NCBI GenBank assembly: GCA_039030515.1
Contig: JBCCEA010000002.1
Span: forward strand, 32,001 to 96,000
Source: Myxococcota bacterium
Lineage (GTDB): Bacteria; Myxococcota_A; Polyangia; Polyangiales; Houyiibacteriaceae
Direction of reading: 5' to 3'
DNA length: 64,000 nucleotides
The notes below the pieces were generated by a model. The model made no database searches. It worked only from the letters and a program-made list of their open reading frames with translations, and was not told the origin of the DNA. The position numbers and the translations under genes were made by a program. Within the stretch, counting starts at the first letter, position 1. Each line of letters begins with the position of its first letter. This document shows, one piece after another, positions 57,530 to 64,000 of the stretch.

Positions 57530-58234
57530 CTACCAGCGAATTCCAGCGCGCAACCAGGTTCGTCGCTGCCCTACCCTGACCAGGACGCGGAGTCTAGAGT
57601 CCGGACCGGACGGAGTCGCTTCTTTAGCCAGAGTCGCACGAGCTCCCATAGGTAAACCGTCCTGCATTAGCGCGAGTACGGAATGAACGAGGCTCGTCGA
57701 CTGTAGCCAGGACGAGCTGCCGATCGACGCGAGGGAGCGCGATGGCGTGTCGCTGCAGCGCGCCTCACTTGGTCTGAGCGCGTCCCGAAGTGCAGGTGCG
57801 ATGGCGTGTGCTGAATGGCGTGCGCCTTGACTGTAAAAGACAGGTGCACGTTCGGTGCAAAATTGACGTGTCATCGGATGTGCGATGAGCGCTACCGGAG
57901 GAAAGGCTTCGGCAAAATAGAGTTGTTGAAGCGACCGGGCCGAAAAGGACCTTGTGCGTACATCAACCCTGTCCGTAAGACTCTTGGGTCCGCGACGCAC
58001 ACGCGAGACGTCGCGCAACATCTTCATTTCGCCGAACATCCGAAAATCGAAAGTGAGCGGTGCCATCAACAGGGCCACCGCGCTTCCTTTCGCACCCTGC
58101 GCAGAAGCAGGAAAGCGATAATGCTCGACCGCCAAAAACGTTCCTATCAGAGAGAAAAGAAACACGGCGCTCGCGCTGTAGGGACGACATGCGTCGTGGG
58201 AATGGAAACGGGGGAGCGGATTTTTCTTACTCAA
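57530..58234 (-). CDS. Possible orphan ORF
   Basis: Longest ORF in a ~1 kb gap, with one hydrophobic stretch; no recognised family. Confidence 0.2.
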   Translation of the reverse strand: MSKKNPLPRFHSHDACRPYSASAVFLFSLIGTFLAVEHYRFPASAQGAKGSAVALLMAPLTFDFRMFGEMKMLRDVSRVRRGPKSLTDRVDVRTRSFSARSLQQLYFAEAFPPVALIAHPMTRQFCTERAPVFYSQGARHSAHAIAPALRDALRPSEARCSDTPSRSLASIGSSSWLQSTSLVHSVLALMQDGLPMGARATLAKEATPSGPDSRLRVLVRVGQRRTWLRAGIRW

Positions 58235-58470
58235 CTGTAAGATTCTAGCTCAACCTCTCTGCAACTTGCATCTAGTTAGGAAAATTCGATAGGCGGATGT
58301 GCTCCTGTAGCTCCAACGTGGGCACGTTAGGCATCTCGAGCGAATTCAACCCACGTCTACGATGACGACCGCAGGTATCGCGGGCAGACATTCATTTCCA
58401 CGCAGAGGCGCCGAACGATATATTCATCAAAAGCGCAAATATGCGAGCACCCACCCATCGTCAAACAGCG

Positions 58471-58524
58471 ACTAGGCACTTGGGGTGCACTAGTCACTTG
58501 GGGTGCACTAGGCACTTGGAGTAC
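58471..58524. repeat. 18-bp tandem repeat x3 equal to the last 5 codons plus TAG of the Cys-rich lipoprotein
   Basis: Minus strand TGTACTCCAAGTGCCTAG / TGCACCCCAAGTGACTAG / TGCACCCCAAGTGCCTAG. Confidence 0.92.
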
Positions 58525-59392
58525 AGAGCCCCGTGCCCACAGGCGACTGACTGTAGGCAACACACTGACCTTCGCCGGCGGGACAGGAGTGAGACTGCCC
58601 CTGTTCTGCGTCGAGATCGCAGATGCGAACGCAAACGAACTCATCGACCCCGACACATGAAAGACCGGATCGGCAGTCGTTTTGGTGAACGCAGCCTTCG
58701 CCGACATCCGCATTGCCCGCCGACAAACACTCTGAATCCCCATCACCACTGACGATGAAGCAGCCTTCTCCTGCATCGCAGACTTCGCTCGGCGCAAGTA
58801 CATCACAGGCACGGCTAGGAGCACATCGACCCCAGGAGGTGTCGAATCCGTCCGCGAGAGCCGCGTTTCTCAAACAAAACTGGTCGCCAGTGCAAGAGGA
58901 CTTCCCCTCAAACGATGGACAACACAAGGGAGCGCAAACCCCCAAGCCTTGGATCAAAAAGCATCCCAACGTGGGAGCGCAGTCCGCCGTGCTGGTGCAG
59001 TCCATGCCTGCCTCGAGACGCTCTTCCGCAGATTCGATGCAACTACCCCCACGTTCGTCCAAAACGCAGGAGAGCCCGTCTGTACACCCGGACATCTCGG
59101 TGGAAGGATCACAGTCGGCACTGGTGCAGGCGGGCGATCGCGCATCCGGACCATCGGTCGCTGAGTCTGCGTCGGACGCTCCGCCGGAGCCGGGAAGTAT
59201 CGACGCATCCAGCACAATTGCACCCGCATCGATGGTCCGGTCTTTGGAGGCAGAATCGGAGTCGTTGCTCGCGTTCCCCGCGCACGAAACGATGACGACC
59301 GAGGGCAAGAGAAGACGCGTCAAGACGCGGATTTGATGGTGAGGATACAAATAGTGGACGGTACCACACTCGAGCGTGGTCCACACACGCAC
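58508..59392 (-). CDS. Cys-rich putative lipoprotein (myxobacterial type)
   Basis: IVSC lipobox-like motif; DAG/DAS linker; repeated G.xC....DC..GL.C units; start uncertain. Confidence 0.75.
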   Translation of the reverse strand: MRVWTTLECGTVHYLYPHHQIRVLTRLLLPSVVIVSCAGNASNDSDSASKDRTIDAGAIVLDASILPGSGGASDADSATDGPDARSPACTSADCDPSTEMSGCTDGLSCVLDERGGSCIESAEERLEAGMDCTSTADCAPTLGCFLIQGLGVCAPLCCPSFEGKSSCTGDQFCLRNAALADGFDTSWGRCAPSRACDVLAPSEVCDAGEGCFIVSGDGDSECLSAGNADVGEGCVHQNDCRSGLSCVGVDEFVCVRICDLDAEQGQSHSCPAGEGQCVAYSQSPVGTGLCTPSA

Positions 59393-59485
59393 TGCATTAC
59401 AGATGCGGTAGCTCGGTTTGGCGTAACCAACGTCTCAGCTGGTCATACACCGCTCGGCTCTTGGCGGCCAAGATCGTACAGGCTT

Positions 59486-61252
<1,767 letters not shown>

Positions 61253-61418
61253 TCAACGAACCCACCGTCACCGAACGGCAAGGGCGGCTCACGGGGCAGG
61301 AGGGCAGTGCCGGACGCGCGCGCAGGTGCAGGGAACTGGTGAATCGCCACGTCACGTGGCACATAGGGCGTTATCGCGGTCGATCGCGGCCCCGGGGCGT
61401 CGCGTCCGGGAGGCATAG

Positions 61419-62009
61419 ATGAGCATCGAAAGACTGGGAATCATGGGTAGTGGCCTGATGGGCTTGGGAATCGCTCAGGCCGCGGCTGCCAAAGGATTTG
61501 CGGTACTCATCTTCGAGATTAACCCCAGTGCGGGCAAAGCCGAGCACACACCACAGGACTCAGAGGCACTCCTAGACCAGCTGACGATCACGGCTGACCT
61601 CGACGCGATGAGCGAATGTGACCTGGTAGTGGAGTGCGGCCGGGAAGACCTCACGACGAAGGTAGCGTTACTGCGCCAGGCAGAATCCCACATGACTCCC
61701 GGAGCCGTGCTGGCTACAAGCACCGCATCGCTTCCGCTTTTACAGCTCTCAGAGCACCTCGATCGTCCAGAACAATTCCTGGGACTTCACTTTCTGAATC
61801 CATCCAACAACACGAGAATCGTCGAGATCGGCGTGTCGGAGGGCACCGCTCCCGGCGCGATCCTCGCTGTGCGTGCCTTTTGCAAGAAGCTGGGCAGGAC
61901 GCCTGTGGAAGTGCCCGCCTCGTCCGGATACATGGTCAGCGCTACGATTCAGACCAGTAAGGGAGGCCGGCCTTCGAGGAGCGTCTCGGAGCCAGCGCCT
62001 TCGGAGTAA
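61419..62009 (+). CDS. Stand-alone, degenerate 3-hydroxyacyl-CoA dehydrogenase NAD-binding domain
   Basis: GIMGSGLMGLGIA, DLVVE, GLHFLNP, VEI, LGRTPV; ends before the C-terminal dimerisation domain. Confidence 0.7.
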   Translation: MSIERLGIMGSGLMGLGIAQAAAAKGFAVLIFEINPSAGKAEHTPQDSEALLDQLTITADLDAMSECDLVVECGREDLTTKVALLRQAESHMTPGAVLATSTASLPLLQLSEHLDRPEQFLGLHFLNPSNNTRIVEIGVSEGTAPGAILAVRAFCKKLGRTPVEVPASSGYMVSATIQTSKGGRPSRSVSEPAPSE

Positions 62010-62022
62010 CGCAGATACTCCA

Positions 62023-63213
62023 TCAAGAGCGGCTTGATTCCTCGGCTTGCTGCTGCTTCCTGGCAAGCAGCGAGGCCGGCACGAGTGCGTCTTTACCGAC
62101 TCGGGCCTCGAGTTCGGTGAGGGTACGCTGCAGCGCTTCGCGTCGTTCACCGCGGCAATCCGGGAACAGCTGAGGAGGCGGGGGGCCAAGGGAAAGACCG
62201 GCAGTGCTCACCCCGACCAGTCTCACGCCCTGATTAAACGAGGGAAACTTGGAGAGCAACGCGCCGCACGCTTCATGAATGCTGACCGCATCCCGCACGG
62301 GAACCTCGAGCTGTTTTTGCCGAGTTCTTTGCTGAAAGTCGGCGTACTTGATCTTGACCAAAACCACGGACGCACTCAGGTCTTCGAGCACCAGTCGTCG
62401 CGCCACCTGAACCGCTTGAGACAGCAGGACCAAACGCACCTCTTCTCCCGAGTAGATGTCGTGCATGAGCGTTTCTTCGCTTCCGACCGACTTGGACTGT
62501 TGTCTCGGACAAACAGGCCGCGGGTCGGTTCCGCTCGCCAACGCAAACACCTTTGCACCGTAGGTGCCGAGCAACTGACCGAGCTGCTCAGGATCCGCCC
62601 GCTGAATGGCTCCGAGCGTGCGGATCCCGGCGCTTCGGAGTTTGCGCGCCGCGACAGGACCCACGCCCCACATCCGCTCCACCGGGAGCGGAGCGAGCCG
62701 AGACCGAACTTCGGCAGCTGGGATAACGACCAGTCCGTCGGGCTTTTCTAAATCGCTTGCAAGCTTCGCGACGAATTTGGAAGGAGCCACTCCCGCCGAG
62801 GCCGTCAGCCCGGTGTGCTCTCGAATCAGCTCCTTGAGGGTACGGGCGATGGCCTCACCCCCGCCAAAGAGCCGCTGGCTGGCGGTGACGTCGAGAAACG
62901 CCTCGTCGAGGGAAAGCCCTTCTACGTCAGGGGTGAACTCTCTAAATATTTCAAAGATCTGCTGGCTGACCTCGCGATAGCGAGCAAGCCGAGGCGCGAC
63001 TACAACCGCGTTCGGACACAGCCGGCACGCCTCGATCATCGGCATCGCAGAACGGACTCCAAATCGTCGAGCCTCGTAAGAAGCGGCGGCGACAACACCG
63101 CGCGGCGGGGTACCGCCCACCAACACCGGACATTCGCGCAAGGCGGGATCATCGTTCTGCTCCACCGAGGCGAAAAACGCGTCCATATCCACATGGAGTA
63201 TTACCCGCAACAT
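62023..63213 (-). CDS. dinB: DNA polymerase IV
   Basis: ILHVDMDAFFASVE, ASYEARRFGV, SLDEAFLD, KLASDLEKPDG. Confidence 0.95.
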   Translation of the reverse strand: MLRVILHVDMDAFFASVEQNDDPALRECPVLVGGTPPRGVVAAASYEARRFGVRSAMPMIEACRLCPNAVVVAPRLARYREVSQQIFEIFREFTPDVEGLSLDEAFLDVTASQRLFGGGEAIARTLKELIREHTGLTASAGVAPSKFVAKLASDLEKPDGLVVIPAAEVRSRLAPLPVERMWGVGPVAARKLRSAGIRTLGAIQRADPEQLGQLLGTYGAKVFALASGTDPRPVCPRQQSKSVGSEETLMHDIYSGEEVRLVLLSQAVQVARRLVLEDLSASVVLVKIKYADFQQRTRQKQLEVPVRDAVSIHEACGALLSKFPSFNQGVRLVGVSTAGLSLGPPPPQLFPDCRGERREALQRTLTELEARVGKDALVPASLLARKQQQAEESSRS

Positions 63214-63362
63214 TCGTCACTGCTCCCGTCGACAAGCGCTGGGGGTCTGCCGGCTCGAACCTCCGCGTTCCTTGGGTGCGGGGAGTCCGTATTTCTTGAA
63301 TGCGAGGAGCCCTGGGCGCTCGTGAGGCGCAGAACCCGGGGACCTGCTACGGTCGTGATTCG

Positions 63363-64000
63363 ATGACGTACACGGTCCTGGCGCGCAAATATCGACCTCA
63401 GACCTTTGAAGAACTGGTGGGCCAAGAGCACGTGGCCCGCACCCTCTCCAACGCCATTACCACCGACCGGGTAGCGCATGCGTTTCTTTTTACGGGCGTT
63501 CGAGGAGTCGGCAAAACGAGTACCGCACGACTTCTGGCCAAATCCCTCAACTGCGAACACGGCCCCACCCCAAATCCCTGCAATGTGTGCGCAGCCTGCG
63601 TTGCTATCACGCAAGGTGTCGACGTGGATGTCCTTGAAATGGACGGGGCATCTCACAACAGCGTCGAGGACGTTCGCAAGCTTCAAGAAACGCTCCCCTA
63701 CAGGCCCGCTCGCGATCGATTCAAAGTAGTCATCATCGATGAAGTACACATGCTCTCAACGGGGGCATTCAATGCGCTGCTTAAGACGCTCGAGGAGCCG
63801 CCTCCTCACGTGAAGTTTATCTTTGCAACGACCGAGAACCACAAGGTGCCGATAACGATCCGGTCGCGATGCCAATCCTACGATTTCCGGCTGATCCCAC
63901 AAGCGGTCATCGCACAGAGGGTCCAAGAGATCTTGCTTGCGGAGGAACTCCAAGCCGACGAAGCGGCCCTTCAGATCGTAGCCCGAGAAGCCGCTGGTTC
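63363..64000 (+). CDS. dnaX: DNA polymerase III gamma/tau subunit (3'-truncated; absent from the ORF track)
   Basis: MTYTVLARKYRPQTFEELVGQEHV, GVRGVGKT, PCNVCAAC, IIDEVHML, NALLKTLEEPP, SRCQ. Confidence 0.96.
   Translation, partial: MTYTVLARKYRPQTFEELVGQEHVARTLSNAITTDRVAHAFLFTGVRGVGKTSTARLLAKSLNCEHGPTPNPCNVCAACVAITQGVDVDVLEMDGASHNSVEDVRKLQETLPYRPARDRFKVVIIDEVHMLSTGAFNALLKTLEEPPPHVKFIFATTENHKVPITIRSRCQSYDFRLIPQAVIAQRVQEILLAEELQADEAALQIVAREAAG

Noticed and set aside
62023..63213. DinB as the cause of the tandem duplications
   Set aside because: dinB is widespread and its proximity is not evidence of a mechanism.
63201..63953. Minus-strand ORFs at the right end
   Set aside because: Antisense to dnaX, which the ORF track missed because it runs off the window.

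Overview
GC-rich bacterial chromosomal window, most likely from a myxobacterium (Myxococcota). This is inferred from the Gly-rich and Cys-rich lipoproteins, the membrane Hanks-type kinase homolog and the diheme cytochrome. Housekeeping genes: argS (partial), gpmI, a biotin carboxylase, ppx, a DeaD-like helicase, tRNA-Arg(TCT), rdgB, rph, pyrG, dinB and dnaX (partial). Accessory loci: a LeuD-LeuC-order aconitase-family fusion; a photolyase-Nei operon; a cytochrome c/ferredoxin/HiPIP cluster; an RND pump whose TolC is fused to a periplasmic solute-binding domain; a eukaryote-type AdoMetDC; a pair of CxxCH-bearing lipoproteins; a pseudokinase; and a pgsB-pgsC-pgsW poly-gamma-glutamate operon coupled to a degenerate OmpA-like lipoprotein. 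There are also several orphan ORFs, one interrupted by an in-frame TGA. The most striking non-coding pattern is a set of unrelated 15-21 bp tandem duplications. Six of them copy the last codons plus stop codon of a gene; the rest sit in inter-domain linkers or promoter regions. No CRISPR array, rRNA, integrase or transposase was seen. All functional calls come from motif recognition by eye, with no database searches.
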